From a virus, in IMG/VR virus record IMGVR_UViG_3300036774_000066, positions 32,001 through 96,000 of that record: a DNA stretch of 64,000 bases. The stretch is one strand, 5' to 3'. How positions within the stretch are numbered: position 1 is the stretch's first letter; each line of letters begins with the position of its first letter. A model generated the notes under the pieces. It worked only from the letters and a program-made list of their open reading frames with translations. It had not been told where the DNA came from and did no database searches. Shown piece after piece: positions 1 through 9,158 of this stretch. The position numbers and the translations under genes were made by a program.

Positions 1-44
1 CTTCTCTTTAATTACTGCCCTTTCCATGCGATTCTTCCTTTCTT

Positions 45-449
45 CTATATGTCAACCTCAAACACTCCTAACCTTCCAATAACAGGGATAGGTTTTTCAA
101 GTTTTTCTATATTATTCAAAAATAAACCAAACCTTCTTGTCTTCTCACAGTCAATCATAGCCGCCTTTGAATGCTCACCCTCCAACCAACCTACCTTATA
201 CACCCATGCAGTACAGAGGATAACTCCGCGAAGATCAAGGTACTCTAACGAGTTAATTACCCCTGCTATTGTAGTATATGGCAAAGCAAGACTTCCTGCA
301 CGAGTATCAATCTTCTTTGTGGAACAAATAGCAATCCTCTGATCCACAAGACCTCTGAATCTGCTATGTGTCCGTGTCTCAATTGTCTTAAACCCTTCCG
401 CAATCCACGAGGCCCAAGGTTGATAAATAGAAATAGCTTTGTACTTCAT
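45..449 (-). CDS. ASCH domain protein
   Basis: N-terminal AISIYQPWASWIAEGFKTIETR matches the ASCH signature (S-x-x-QPWA...GxKxxExR); C-terminal PIPVIGRLGVFEV. Confidence 0.85.
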   Translation of the reverse strand: MKYKAISIYQPWASWIAEGFKTIETRTHSRFRGLVDQRIAICSTKKIDTRAGSLALPYTTIAGVINSLEYLDLRGVILCTAWVYKVGWLEGEHSKAAMIDCEKTRRFGLFLNNIEKLEKPIPVIGRLGVFEVDI

Positions 450-784
450 TGCCTAATCTTCCCCTCTAACGTCTCACATGCATCCTCACACTCTTTCCTT
501 GACCCGTAGTAAAACGGAACAAAGTCAGAACATCTTTCTGGTGTCTTTGCATTCCCCAACAACATCTCGGTATTCGTATTCACTGCCTCACCCAATGTCT
601 CTATGTGAAATGCCTTCTGTGAAGCAGAATATTCAGCAAGGCAAATAGGAAAGGCCAACAACTTCTCTTTCAAAGCGTTCCAGATTCTACACACATCGTC
701 ATGCACCTGTCCAGGCAACTCCAATGCAAGACATCGAACACACTTCTCCATCTCATCAAGTTCTGGCATAGTGCCCATACTCAC
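446..784 (-). CDS. hypothetical protein
   Basis: ORF overlapping both neighbours by 4 nt (ATGA), coding strand of the region. Confidence 0.6.
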   Translation of the reverse strand: MSMGTMPELDEMEKCVRCLALELPGQVHDDVCRIWNALKEKLLAFPICLAEYSASQKAFHIETLGEAVNTNTEMLLGNAKTPERCSDFVPFYYGSRKECEDACETLEGKIRQ

Positions 785-966
785 TCCTCTGTCAACTCAG
801 AGTGCATCTTCTTGATATGTCGCCGGAGTAACCGTAAAGCCTCACCAGCAGTAAATCCATGCTCTCGGTCTTTTCCAATCATCACCTTAAACTCCCGACA
901 CACAGCACAATGAAGCAAGTACCCGATACGGTCATCCCCAAAAACTTCCCCTATCTTCTTTGCCAT
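781..966 (-). CDS. hypothetical protein, possible small Zn-binding (CxxC...HxxxxH)
   Basis: CAVC and HIKKMH; overlaps downstream gene. Confidence 0.5.
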   Translation of the reverse strand: MAKKIGEVFGDDRIGYLLHCAVCREFKVMIGKDREHGFTAGEALRLLRRHIKKMHSELTEE

Positions 967-1012
967 CGGACTTCTCCCTCAATTTCCTTTCCTCGCGTGC
1001 GTGCGCGTGCGC

Positions 1013-1390
1013 CTACATGCGAACGTCTGCGCGGGTAAGGTCTTCACACCCCTGCTTCATCCGCTTCCCTACAAGCCTTTCCCGTGGTCCATCCGGTTTC
1101 TTATCGGGAGAGGAAGAAGACCCCTGTGCCTTCACAGAATCACTGGTTGTTCCTTCCTCAAAAGGAAACCCCTCTCTTCTTATCCACGTCAAAGGGTCAA
1201 CAACATCTTTATCTTTTTTGTAAGCTGGATTATTTGCCCCACAGCGAATACAAAATTTCTTATTCTCATAGGTATAATACTGAGCATCCTCATAACCTCG
1301 AAACGCATTCAAAACTCTTTTCGTCTCTCCAGTATAAGCCTTGACAACAAACCTATGACCAAACAACAGACAAATCAGCTTTGTCAACAT
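1013..1390 (-). CDS. hypothetical phage protein with DUF1660-like N-terminus
   Basis: KLICLLFGHRF ... CIRCG pattern. Confidence 0.45.
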   Translation of the reverse strand: MLTKLICLLFGHRFVVKAYTGETKRVLNAFRGYEDAQYYTYENKKFCIRCGANNPAYKKDKDVVDPLTWIRREGFPFEEGTTSDSVKAQGSSSSPDKKPDGPRERLVGKRMKQGCEDLTRADVRM

Positions 1391-1410
1391 AAAATCACCT
1401 TTCTGATATG

Positions 1411-1647
1411 CTACTCCAAATCAAGCGTTGTCTGCTTTTTCATGTACTCTTCAATACGCTTTTTTCTCTCTATCCTCTCTGCTTTCCGATCTTCTTTGTC
1501 CTTCTTCGCCAGTGCCTTCAAATCCTCCACATTGACAGGACGGTCATTCTTGTAATCCCAAATATACTCAGTTACCTTTCCATCTGCACCCCTGAAACGT
1601 ATTCCTCCATACGCTTTGCATATCATCCTAAGTCCTGCACCCATCAT
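1411..1647 (-). CDS. hypothetical protein
   Basis: ORF in operon, GAGG RBS upstream. Confidence 0.55.
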   Translation of the reverse strand: MMGAGLRMICKAYGGIRFRGADGKVTEYIWDYKNDRPVNVEDLKALAKKDKEDRKAERIERKKRIEEYMKKQTTLDLE

Positions 1648-2018
1648 TCCTCCTCATAAAAATCTCTGCGCGGACTCCCAAGGGCAGGGACAAGATACCG
1701 AGTACAGCTATCACAAAAGATATTCAAAAACTTGCATTTTGTAACCCGTGTGTCACACACAACAGGCGAAGCAATCCTCTCTGTCAACTTGTCAACTAAC
1801 TCCACCCAATTGTACGCTGGTGAACCTGAACCATCACTAACCCAAATACCAGGAGGAACTTCTTGTCCCACAGGAATACCCTTAATGTCCAGACGTTCCG
1901 CGATTTTTGCCAAGTATGCGCCAAAAACTGTCAAAACGCTCTCCGGGTATTCTGGTCCGGCAACTGTAATGACACTGTGATTTGTCATCCCTGCTGTCCC
2001 TTCTTTTTCTCTTCCCAT
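1644..2018 (-). CDS. hypothetical protein (start may be MTNH at 1988)
   Basis: ORF in tightly packed operon. Confidence 0.5.
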   Translation of the reverse strand: MGREKEGTAGMTNHSVITVAGPEYPESVLTVFGAYLAKIAERLDIKGIPVGQEVPPGIWVSDGSGSPAYNWVELVDKLTERIASPVVCDTRVTKCKFLNIFCDSCTRYLVPALGSPRRDFYEEE

Positions 2019-2176
2019 GCCGCCTTAACAATACGTAATGCATCATCACGAATAATAGTCCTATATGCCCGAACCCCCTTGGCAACCTCTTTGTCAATTT
2101 CCCGTGCGTGCTCCCCACAATACTTCTGAAAGCAGACGCATCCGCAGATTACGCACTTCTTGGACATCTTAGCCAT
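1985..2176 (-). CDS. hypothetical Cys-rich protein
   Basis: CVICG...YCGEH; AAGGTG RBS. Confidence 0.5.
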   Translation of the reverse strand: MAKMSKKCVICGCVCFQKYCGEHAREIDKEVAKGVRAYRTIIRDDALRIVKAAWEEKKKGQQG

Positions 2177-2191
2177 AGAAACACCTTCTTA

Positions 2192-2383
2192 CTACTCACT
2201 ATGTCTATCCGCAGTTGGACCTTCTGTATGAGGATTATACATCTCCCACTGGTCAGTCCTTCGGTTATACCTTGACAAACCGACAACATTTTGCGGTTGC
2301 CGTCTCTCAAGATTCTGCTTGCTGTAGGTATAATCACCAATGCGGACAGAATCACCGATTACATGAAACTGCAATTCAGACAT
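2192..2383 (-). CDS. hypothetical protein
   Basis: ORF abutting neighbours. Confidence 0.5.
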   Translation of the reverse strand: MSELQFHVIGDSVRIGDYTYSKQNLERRQPQNVVGLSRYNRRTDQWEMYNPHTEGPTADRHSE

Positions 2384-2384
2384 A

Positions 2385-2681
2385 TCAATAGCTTCCTGTC
2401 AATCTACGAAAAAGATCAACGTCCTTTGGTCTTGACTTGACCTTCAAAGTAAAAGACTCCCCTCCTAAACTCACTTGGTCAAACGTAACCATTTCCCCGT
2501 TATGCATCTTGAATGTATCTCGATAATTACTCACACTTCCAGCAGAGACAAGTATCTTTCTTCCTGAAGGGTCAAGTGTTCTTCTCATTGCAGAATGTTC
2601 CGTAACATCAGGAAATATGAAAAGGTCTTCCGGCGCATTCTCCGAGTCCTTAAAAACAATGTATTTCATGTCAACCTCCAA
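2385..2681 (-). CDS. hypothetical phage protein
   Basis: MKYIVF...IFPDVTEH...VSAG...GESFTLKVKSR pattern recalled from small phage proteins. Confidence 0.55.
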   Translation of the reverse strand: MEVDMKYIVFKDSENAPEDLFIFPDVTEHSAMRRTLDPSGRKILVSAGSVSNYRDTFKMHNGEMVTFDQVSLGGESFTLKVKSRPKDVDLFRRLTGSY

Positions 2682-3071
2682 TCAAAATACCCTTGCCTCT
2701 GCACTATTTGGAGACACAGCCGTTTGCTTCTTTCTTCGCATCTTTACAACTTTTAGACCATACTCTTCGGCTATGTTATTCATCAGGGTTTTCAGGTCTT
2801 CCACTTTATTCGGGTCTTTCGACCAATGCCCCGCATGTCCCAACACATACGCTGTATTCCCACCAACCAAAAGCATTCGGTATCCGTCTGCATGATGAGA
2901 TTCTATTGCTGTTGCTGCATTGCAATGATTCCCCGAAGATATATCTACTGGTCTTCCTCGTGTCGTCTGTAAATGCAAGACTGCCTCGTATACCTTCTTT
3001 CCAAACTCCGGGTCATCTCGGATCAGGTGCAAGGCATCATTCAAAACCAGCAACGTAGAGTTGAATCCCAT
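2682..3071 (-). CDS. hypothetical phage protein
   Basis: ORF in operon; MGFNSTLLVLNDALH...HHAD...VGGN. Confidence 0.6.
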   Translation of the reverse strand: MGFNSTLLVLNDALHLIRDDPEFGKKVYEAVLHLQTTRGRPVDISSGNHCNAATAIESHHADGYRMLLVGGNTAYVLGHAGHWSKDPNKVEDLKTLMNNIAEEYGLKVVKMRRKKQTAVSPNSAEARVF

Positions 3072-3074
3072 AAA

Positions 3075-3440
3075 TCAATCCTTCCGTCTTAAAAAATTTG
3101 AGTGAGTATCATCAGAACAATCACGGCACTTGTTTGAGATAGCCCGGCGAACCTCCTCCGGTGCAGAACCAAGATAATGACACTCCACACACTCACCCTT
3201 ACGTGTAGGCTTTTTCCTTCTGTTCCACACTTCCCTAAATGTCAATCCCTCTCGGGAAAACCTTGTAGAGTCTGAAAACCATATCCCACACTGACGACAC
3301 GAGATTCCATAACCTCTGTCATCAAGGTCCGTACTTCCACACAAAGGGCAAGGCTCTAAAGCCTCCCGTACAGAACTACCCGATTCCTTCTTCCTGTCTA
3401 TCAGTTTCTTTGTCACAATCCTCTCCTTCTGAAAACGCAT
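3075..3440 (-). CDS. Lar (restriction alleviation)-like zinc finger protein
   Basis: LEPCPLCGS...ISCRQCG...WNRR. Confidence 0.55.
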   Translation of the reverse strand: MRFQKERIVTKKLIDRKKESGSSVREALEPCPLCGSTDLDDRGYGISCRQCGIWFSDSTRFSREGLTFREVWNRRKKPTRKGECVECHYLGSAPEEVRRAISNKCRDCSDDTHSNFLRRKD

Positions 3441-3870
3441 CCTCGTAGTCTATTGACATACAAAAAGCCGCAAACTGTTCCCACCACTCCCCATAAGGCA
3501 TCTTCTCGGGAAAACGCTCTGGAGTCTTTTTCTGCTCGGCCTTCCAGTAATGCACAAACCGCATCAAGTCATCCTGCTCACCCTCTATGAATTTCCCCAA
3601 ATCAATCTCATTCTCCTCCGGTGGACTCTCCGATTGTGTCCACTCATTCCACGCCAATATCGCTGCTACCTCAGACGTTGTTCCAGTTTCAGGACCAGAC
3701 CAGCAATGCCTTTTGTCACATCCGCACACGTAAACACCCTCACTGTACTCCTGCACACTGGCAGAACCACCACAGCGTTTACACCTCAGAATCTCGGGCG
3801 GCAGTGTATTCTTTGCTCTCATACTAATCTCGCTCGGTGAAACCATTCGGTTAATTGACCTGTCGGGCAT
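3376..3870 (-). CDS. Lar-like zinc finger fused to acidic domain
   Basis: CKRCGG...CGC...C...AAILAWNE. Confidence 0.45.
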   Translation of the reverse strand: MPDRSINRMVSPSEISMRAKNTLPPEILRCKRCGGSASVQEYSEGVYVCGCDKRHCWSGPETGTTSEVAAILAWNEWTQSESPPEENEIDLGKFIEGEQDDLMRFVHYWKAEQKKTPERFPEKMPYGEWWEQFAAFCMSIDYEDAFSEGEDCDKETDRQEEGIG

Positions 3871-3872
3871 AG

Positions 3873-4244
3873 TTATGCTCCTTCGGAGTACAGCAATTTA
3901 CACCTCTTCACATCCGCTTCCATTTCCTCTCGAATTATCTTCCTCGCTGCAACCAACCCATCAAATACTTTTTCTTCTTTACTTAAATTCTCAATCGCAA
4001 TGTTGATCCTGTTAATGATCCTTCCAAGACAAGACCAAGGAACAAACTCTTCCTTCTTGTCAGGAATTTCTTGGGCTTGTGTGTTCTTGTCCAACGCCTC
4101 TGTCAAAGTCTGAATTGAACTCACCAAACAGTCAAGATGACGTGACGCATTTTCACCAAAATGTATCTCTGTTGAATCAGCCATTGTGGTTCTCCTTAGA
4201 CAACAAGTTGGACTTCTCCTCTGTAAACTCCACCTCTTCGGCAT
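3873..4244 (-). CDS. hypothetical protein (probable start MADS near 4184)
   Basis: ORF in operon; AGGAG RBS before internal ATG. Confidence 0.5.
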   Translation of the reverse strand: MPKRWSLQRRSPTCCLRRTTMADSTEIHFGENASRHLDCLVSSIQTLTEALDKNTQAQEIPDKKEEFVPWSCLGRIINRINIAIENLSKEEKVFDGLVAARKIIREEMEADVKRCKLLYSEGA

Positions 4245-4383
4245 TACCCTTCCATCTCTTCACGGGTGCTTGATGTTTAAGAAAACTTGCAGGAATACCA
4301 ACGGCAAGGGCAACCCTGTCTGCCATCTGGTTAATAATCCTGTCAAAGTCGATATTCCCGTATGTCATCCACACATTCAGCAT
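4177..4383 (-). CDS. hypothetical protein
   Basis: ORF in operon, GGAGG RBS. Confidence 0.45.
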   Translation of the reverse strand: MLNVWMTYGNIDFDRIINQMADRVALAVGIPASFLKHQAPVKRWKGNAEEVEFTEEKSNLLSKENHNG

Positions 4384-4385
4384 AG

Positions 4386-4601
4386 TTACCCTCCCACATC
4401 CTCTATTTTCTCAGACTCAAGAAGTTCGTGGACCCCAACACCAATCTGCACCCCGCATTCAACCGCGTCCTCAATACACCCCTGAATCTCGTAGTAGTAT
4501 GACGTAAACTTCTTCACAAACCCCGTAGTATCATTCCACCTGTCAAACAAGTTCAAGGCGCGTCTCTTTGCAAAGTCTACTTCGCCTTTGGTGCAACCCA
4601 T
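4386..4601 (-). CDS. hypothetical protein
   Basis: ORF in operon, GGAGG RBS. Confidence 0.55.
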   Translation of the reverse strand: MGCTKGEVDFAKRRALNLFDRWNDTTGFVKKFTSYYYEIQGCIEDAVECGVQIGVGVHELLESEKIEDVGG

Positions 4602-4604
4602 AAA

Positions 4605-4820
4605 CTATTCCTCCACCTTATCCCATTCATCCGCGTCCATCAACGCCTTCATGACTGCCCTCTTGGTTTCTCTCCGGGCTTCATTGTATCCCTTTTCAAA
4701 GCAAAACTGCTGCTCTGAATGTAAACCACCAGTTCCAACTCTGGGTAACGTCCGTGGCTTCTTGACCTTCGCGTTCTTAATAATCCTGTAGATTTTCCTC
4801 ATGTCCTTGATTGTCACCAT
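4605..4820 (-). CDS. hypothetical protein
   Basis: ORF in operon, AGGAG RBS. Confidence 0.5.
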   Translation of the reverse strand: MVTIKDMRKIYRIIKNAKVKKPRTLPRVGTGGLHSEQQFCFEKGYNEARRETKRAVMKALMDADEWDKVEE

Positions 4821-5119
4821 AAGTCACTCCTCTTTACAAACTTCGCATTCATCTCCTCCCACACAGCTTTGCAGCAATCACATCCGTTCTTATCCGGTGC
4901 AAACTGGCACACAAACTTCGCCGGACAGTCTTGACACTTAACAGTATTTTCTTGTTTCTTCGGCTCTGATTTTTTCTTGCTCATACTATCTACTTCCTTT
5001 GGTTTTTCACACTCTCCACAGTTAATACAATGTAATATTCTCGGTGCCTTGACACACCAGATTCTATTTGCCATATTGAACAACCTCCTCACTTCCAAGC
5101 AATAACAAGATGTCCACAC
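4814..5119 (-). CDS. hypothetical Cys-rich protein (start uncertain)
   Basis: multiple CxxC motifs. Confidence 0.4.
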   Translation of the reverse strand: MWTSCYCLEVRRLFNMANRIWCVKAPRILHCINCGECEKPKEVDSMSKKKSEPKKQENTVKCQDCPAKFVCQFAPDKNGCDCCKAVWEEMNAKFVKRSDLW

Positions 5120-5240
5120 AAAACAAGTTTACAAACAATAAAACAGACTACCCACACCGGAATAAACGTCAGACAAAACACCTTAAATTGTCTTCTTCGC
5201 TCGTATTTCTCCCATGCTGCCCAACGGACTCTTAGCATAG

Positions 5241-5648
5241 TTAATCCTCACACAAAGGAAACATGCCTAAGTGCAGATTCAGCTTTTCAAGATGTTCTTT
5301 CAACTCCACCATACTTTTCTTCCCAAACCCAAAATTAAAACGACGTAAATCCCATTCTGTGTGTCTTACCAAATCAAAATACGTGACAATTCCAAGGTTG
5401 TGAAAAAGAACATAGTGTCTTACGCGCAATTCGTTAGTGTCTATCTTCTTTTTAAGCAACTCACACATATCAGACTTAATATCACACTCTGCAACCGTAG
5501 CATCATCTCTCGCCCTCTTTTCCTCCTCTACCAACCTATCAAACTCCTTCAAAGCAACTTGATACATAAAGCCCAAGACATCATCTGGAATAGTAGAATC
5601 TACTTTTCGTATCCGCACATAAGCATTAGCAATGTCGGACCTCTTCAT
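5241..5648 (-). CDS. RNA polymerase alpha-subunit C-terminal-domain (alpha-CTD)-like protein
   Basis: KIDTNELRVRHYVLFHNLGIVTYFDLVRHTEWDLRRFNFGFGKKSMVELKEHLEKLNLHLGM aligns by eye with RpoA CTD (IDELELSVRS.NCL...I..IGDLV...E.ELLK..NFG.KSL.EIK..L...GL.LGM). Confidence 0.75.
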   Translation of the reverse strand: MKRSDIANAYVRIRKVDSTIPDDVLGFMYQVALKEFDRLVEEEKRARDDATVAECDIKSDMCELLKKKIDTNELRVRHYVLFHNLGIVTYFDLVRHTEWDLRRFNFGFGKKSMVELKEHLEKLNLHLGMFPLCED

Positions 5649-5837
5649 AACATGCTCCCTTACTCAGAAACACCAAAGGTTACATCAAACTGACCAAGGG
5701 AATCAGGGTGTTCTCCCCACCACTCAACATTGCACTCCTCTAATTTACAATCGGCCTTTCCGTCCGGGTAAACGCGCACGCACTTGTTACACCAGACACA
5801 AGCCTTCTTTAGATGATTTTCTCTGGCTTTACTCACT

Positions 5838-6098
5838 TCACATTTCCTCCAACAAACCTTCCTGCACAGTATTGGTTTTCACAAACAGCTTTCTCTCCAA
5901 GGCAATTACTCTCACCCCGACACCTTTCTTAATTGACAATGCTGCGGCTTCCCTTACAGCGTCATCATAGTTTGACATCCCGCCCAATGATTTTTCAATT
6001 GCCTCTTTGTAATTTGATGGCACCGGGTAGCTTGGCGCGGGAATAGCCTTTATCTCAATAGACTTTTCATCTTCTGTTACCAAAAAATACTCTTTCAT
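5838..6098 (-). CDS. hypothetical protein
   Basis: ORF with AGGAG RBS. Confidence 0.55.
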   Translation of the reverse strand: MKEYFLVTEDEKSIEIKAIPAPSYPVPSNYKEAIEKSLGGMSNYDDAVREAAALSIKKGVGVRVIALERKLFVKTNTVQEGLLEEM

Positions 6099-6110
6099 AG
6101 TTGGGCTCCT

Positions 6111-6551
6111 TTACTTTACAACAATGCATCCACGGCAAATCACCTCAGACCACGGGGCTTTTATTCCACACGCAACAGGTACTTTCTCTATTAACCTGTA
6201 AACATGAGTAATACCCAAGTATTTCATCTCATTCACCGCGTTTTTCAAAACTTCTGCGTGTATTTCCGGGTCGTTTGACATTGGAGATTTACACCGGAAA
6301 CTAAGTTTCCACGTTATGCACTGCCTCGGTACAGTCTTTCCTTCTGCCGCAACTGCAAATAGCGACGTATGTACTTTCACAAAATCAGCAGGCACAATCA
6401 AGTCCCTTTCAATTTTCTCTTCATCCGTCTCCGTCCAACCGTTTTTCTTAGCTTCTTCTATTATCAATGCAAGTCCAAAGGACATATCTTCAATTCCTTC
6501 CTGTAAATCTGAATCCGGTCGTCTTGGCGCATCATAGCAAAACTCACTCAT
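6111..6551 (-). CDS. hypothetical protein
   Basis: ORF with GGAGG RBS. Confidence 0.55.
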   Translation of the reverse strand: MSEFCYDAPRRPDSDLQEGIEDMSFGLALIIEEAKKNGWTETDEEKIERDLIVPADFVKVHTSLFAVAAEGKTVPRQCITWKLSFRCKSPMSNDPEIHAEVLKNAVNEMKYLGITHVYRLIEKVPVACGIKAPWSEVICRGCIVVK

Positions 6552-6702
6552 CTTTTCCTCCGGTTTTCTCTTGTTGTATCTTCTCTGTTAGTTCTTTCTT
6601 TGAATACATCCCATCACAGACTTGACAAACCATCCATTTCTTTCCAACATTTACCATTGACCTTTCATATACCCACTTTCCACAACAATCACATGGCTCC
6701 AT
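6544..6702 (-). CDS. small Zn-finger protein (52 aa, below ORF-track cutoff)
   Basis: manual translation MEPCDCCGKWVYERSMVNVGKKWMVCQVCDG...; fills gap; AGGAG RBS. Confidence 0.45.
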   Translation of the reverse strand: MEPCDCCGKWVYERSMVNVGKKWMVCQVCDGMYSKKELTEKIQQEKTGGKDE

Positions 6703-6713
6703 AGCTTCTCTCC

Positions 6714-7028
6714 TTATTCTCCCTGTTCATCGACCCACTTTACAAAGTCATGTAATACCCAATTAGGCGTATCCTTATTCGCGTCGATATACCTTCTTAC
6801 AAGGGCAGGCAATACTTCTTTTAGTGGCTTTTCCAGTTTTGCAAAGCATCTCTCAGCTTCTTCTACTCTTGCTTTAATAAGCCTCAAGTGTGACTCTAAG
6901 GCCGACCGTTCATCTAACTGCTCTTCTTTTTTCTCTGTAGATATTAAAGGTATTCTCACTTCTCCAAACTCATGCGTAACTGATAGACCGGCCTTTCCCG
7001 CCTTGATAATATCATCCATTGTCAACAT
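6714..7028 (-). CDS. hypothetical protein
   Basis: ORF in operon. Confidence 0.5.
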   Translation of the reverse strand: MLTMDDIIKAGKAGLSVTHEFGEVRIPLISTEKKEEQLDERSALESHLRLIKARVEEAERCFAKLEKPLKEVLPALVRRYIDANKDTPNWVLHDFVKWVDEQGE

Positions 7029-7620
7029 AGTTCCCTCAATCTACGGACAACAAACGACATCTCAACAGGCTCACCAACCCCTTGACCAACAACAATACTA
7101 TCAACAAGGGCGGCAATCTCAGCCTTTAGCTTGTTGGTTGACGTGGAGGGAGAGGCTACCGCCTTCTCAGCGGTAGCAACCGCCTTTGACAAATAAACGG
7201 CTGATCGTTTGCCCGATCCTCCGCATAAGTCACACCGTCCGTTATTACGACGATAGGTACTATTCAATATAATCCCATCACCGTTGCACTTAGGGCAAAT
7301 GTCTGCCTTGCGTTGTTCGCGATAACCAGCAGCAGGTTCCACATCCTCCAGCGCGGCATCCTCCAGCGCGGCATCCTCTGCGTGCAACCACTCCCCCTCG
7401 GTAATCATCTCTCCGTTGTATTCAGACACAAAAGCTCCTTTGTTAAGCCGCGCCTATATGTAAAAATTCAACGCAGCATTTACCACAACGTCCGCTAAAC
7501 GGCTGACAGTTGCCGCAAATCAGCAATAATATCAACATATAAATACGGCTCTTTGTTCGTGTCGCACGCACTTACCATCCTATCGGCTATTGCGGCAATT
7601 TTATCTTTTAACTGCTGTAC
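7020..7620 (-). repeat. three degenerate attC-like imperfect palindromes
   Basis: inverted arms TTGCCGCAA(7510-7518)/TTGCGGCAA(7590-7598) and TTTGCCC(7208-7214)/GGGCAAA(7293-7299); shared 11-mer TAAACGGCTGA at 7194 and 7496; related arm at 7110-7140. Confidence 0.5.
7022..7429 (-). CDS. hypothetical protein with DnaJ-like CxxCxGxG motifs, read through palindromic attC-like sequence
   Basis: CPKCNGDG and CDLCGGSG; AGGAG RBS; 15-bp tandem duplication (EDAAL x2) at 7342-7378. Confidence 0.5.
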   Translation of the reverse strand: MSEYNGEMITEGEWLHAEDAALEDAALEDVEPAAGYREQRKADICPKCNGDGIILNSTYRRNNGRCDLCGGSGKRSAVYLSKAVATAEKAVASPSTSTNKLKAEIAALVDSIVVGQGVGEPVEMSFVVRRLRELC

Positions 7621-7959
7621 GTCTATGGAAGGAATCTCAGGCATTTCTCCAATCCTGTGACTTTCCAGACACTTCTTTACACACTGCCATCTTTCAATTA
7701 TCTCTCCCCAACCGCGCTGCTTCACAAAAATATCCAGATAATCCACCGCACTTGCAAGTTCTTTCTTTTCTTGGTCAACTACCTTTGGTCTATCCGCAAT
7801 CGGCTCAATTGGTGTAAACACCGCTTCTCCACCAAAACCCTTTACTGCCTCATGTAAACGTGGCAAGTCCCGAACTGGTATCCCGTCCTTAAACATCACT
7901 ACCATTTTCACAGGCATAACTTCTCCTTTATCCCCAAACCCGTCGCGCTTCAAATCCAA
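7495..7959 (-). CDS. hypothetical protein ending in QQLKDKIAA...LRQLSAV
   Basis: ORF; C-terminus resembles that of 7022-7429 (KLKAEIAAL...LRELC). Confidence 0.5.
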   Translation of the reverse strand: MDLKRDGFGDKGEVMPVKMVVMFKDGIPVRDLPRLHEAVKGFGGEAVFTPIEPIADRPKVVDQEKKELASAVDYLDIFVKQRGWGEIIERWQCVKKCLESHRIGEMPEIPSIDVQQLKDKIAAIADRMVSACDTNKEPYLYVDIIADLRQLSAV

Positions 7960-8159
7960 TTCTCTCAGGTCTTACAAACCCCTCCAAAAAATTCCCTCTT
8001 CCACCTCTCCCTAACTGGTTCTTTACTTCTTTTTCCCCAACTTTTTTCTTCCCCCCGCCTTCACCTTCTGACTTCTCCGAATCCCCAACGCAACGGCTTC
8101 ATCCACTCTACTCTATACGCCCAAACCCCTCTTTTTCAATAGATGCATCATACAAACCC

Positions 8160-8534
8160 TCATTTCACATTCACACTCCTCGTAACCCTGCACCGCGTTG
8201 TACACGTACTCCCCGTTATGGCGCACATCCTCCCCTTCAAGTCCTCATGTGCCGCGCACGGCTCCATGTTCCTAATCCCCTCTTCCAACTCCTCTAATCG
8301 CACTCCCATAACTTCTCGCACCTGCCCCATTAACTCACGTCCAATCTTCACACACCTCTCCGAATCAAAATTCCCCGCACTATCAAGGCTATCCCAACAC
8401 ATAGACACAGCACCCAAAGCCATAAAAATCTCCGACTCCAAAACCCTCATCTCATTATCCATATCCATCATATCAAACCTCCTCAATCTGAAAGATGAAA
8501 GATAAAAGATTAGCCTCCAAACCACCCCACTCAC
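8160..8534 (-). CDS. hypothetical protein (start probably the internal MMDM)
   Basis: ORF; IFMALGAVSMCW; GGAGG before internal ATG. Confidence 0.45.
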   Translation of the reverse strand: MSGVVWRLIFYLSSFRLRRFDMMDMDNEMRVLESEIFMALGAVSMCWDSLDSAGNFDSERCVKIGRELMGQVREVMGVRLEELEEGIRNMEPCAAHEDLKGRMCAITGSTCTTRCRVTRSVNVK

Positions 8535-8591
8535 TATACGCTCAATACCTCAAAATTCAACATCAATTCTCCACCCGGCAAATTTTGCCTA

Positions 8592-8990
8592 CTACCTTTC
8601 AAAATTTATCACAAATTTTTTCTCCCCCAAACCCAAAAACCAATCAGGGTACTCACCCTCCCAAATTTTTATAGCCTCCTTCTTCCGCTTCCTTTCCCTC
8701 CAATCCCCACGACACCCCTTGAACAACGAAGACCTCGGCGATACCCTCTCCTCTAACTCATCCAGCAATTCCCCCAATAACCCCTCCTGTAAAAGCTCCT
8801 CCACCCTCTTCCTCTCAAACCCACTCGGCTCATTTAACACCTTAAAATCACTTAGATTCACGCAAGCCCGAATTTGGACCATATTCGCCAGCCCTTTTCC
8901 AGTCGCCCCTCCGAATGGCCCCCAAGGGGTAGTCGTCTCTGTAAATTTCTCCTCTAAGTCAACCGTGTAGGATATTCTATGGTATGTCAA
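8592..8990 (-). CDS. hypothetical protein
   Basis: ORF on coding strand. Confidence 0.4.
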   Translation of the reverse strand: MTYHRISYTVDLEEKFTETTTPWGPFGGATGKGLANMVQIRACVNLSDFKVLNEPSGFERKRVEELLQEGLLGELLDELEERVSPRSSLFKGCRGDWRERKRKKEAIKIWEGEYPDWFLGLGEKKFVINFER

Positions 8991-9158
8991 TCAATAGACA
9001 GGCGAGGGGATCATCTCAATAGATATAACACACTTTACACCGGGGAGTAATTCAATCCATCCCTCCCGTACCAAGTTCTGAATAGAGGAACTTTCCTGTT
9101 CTGCAACTCTCCAACAGTCATTAAAGTCTATATAGATTATCCTATACCTTCGCATCTG

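Noticed and set aside
7960-8720. Extreme G-depletion on the plus strand
   Set aside because: Consistent with purine-rich (GAG/AAG/GGG) codon use on the minus strand; no periodic or repeat structure like the 17-kb array was found.
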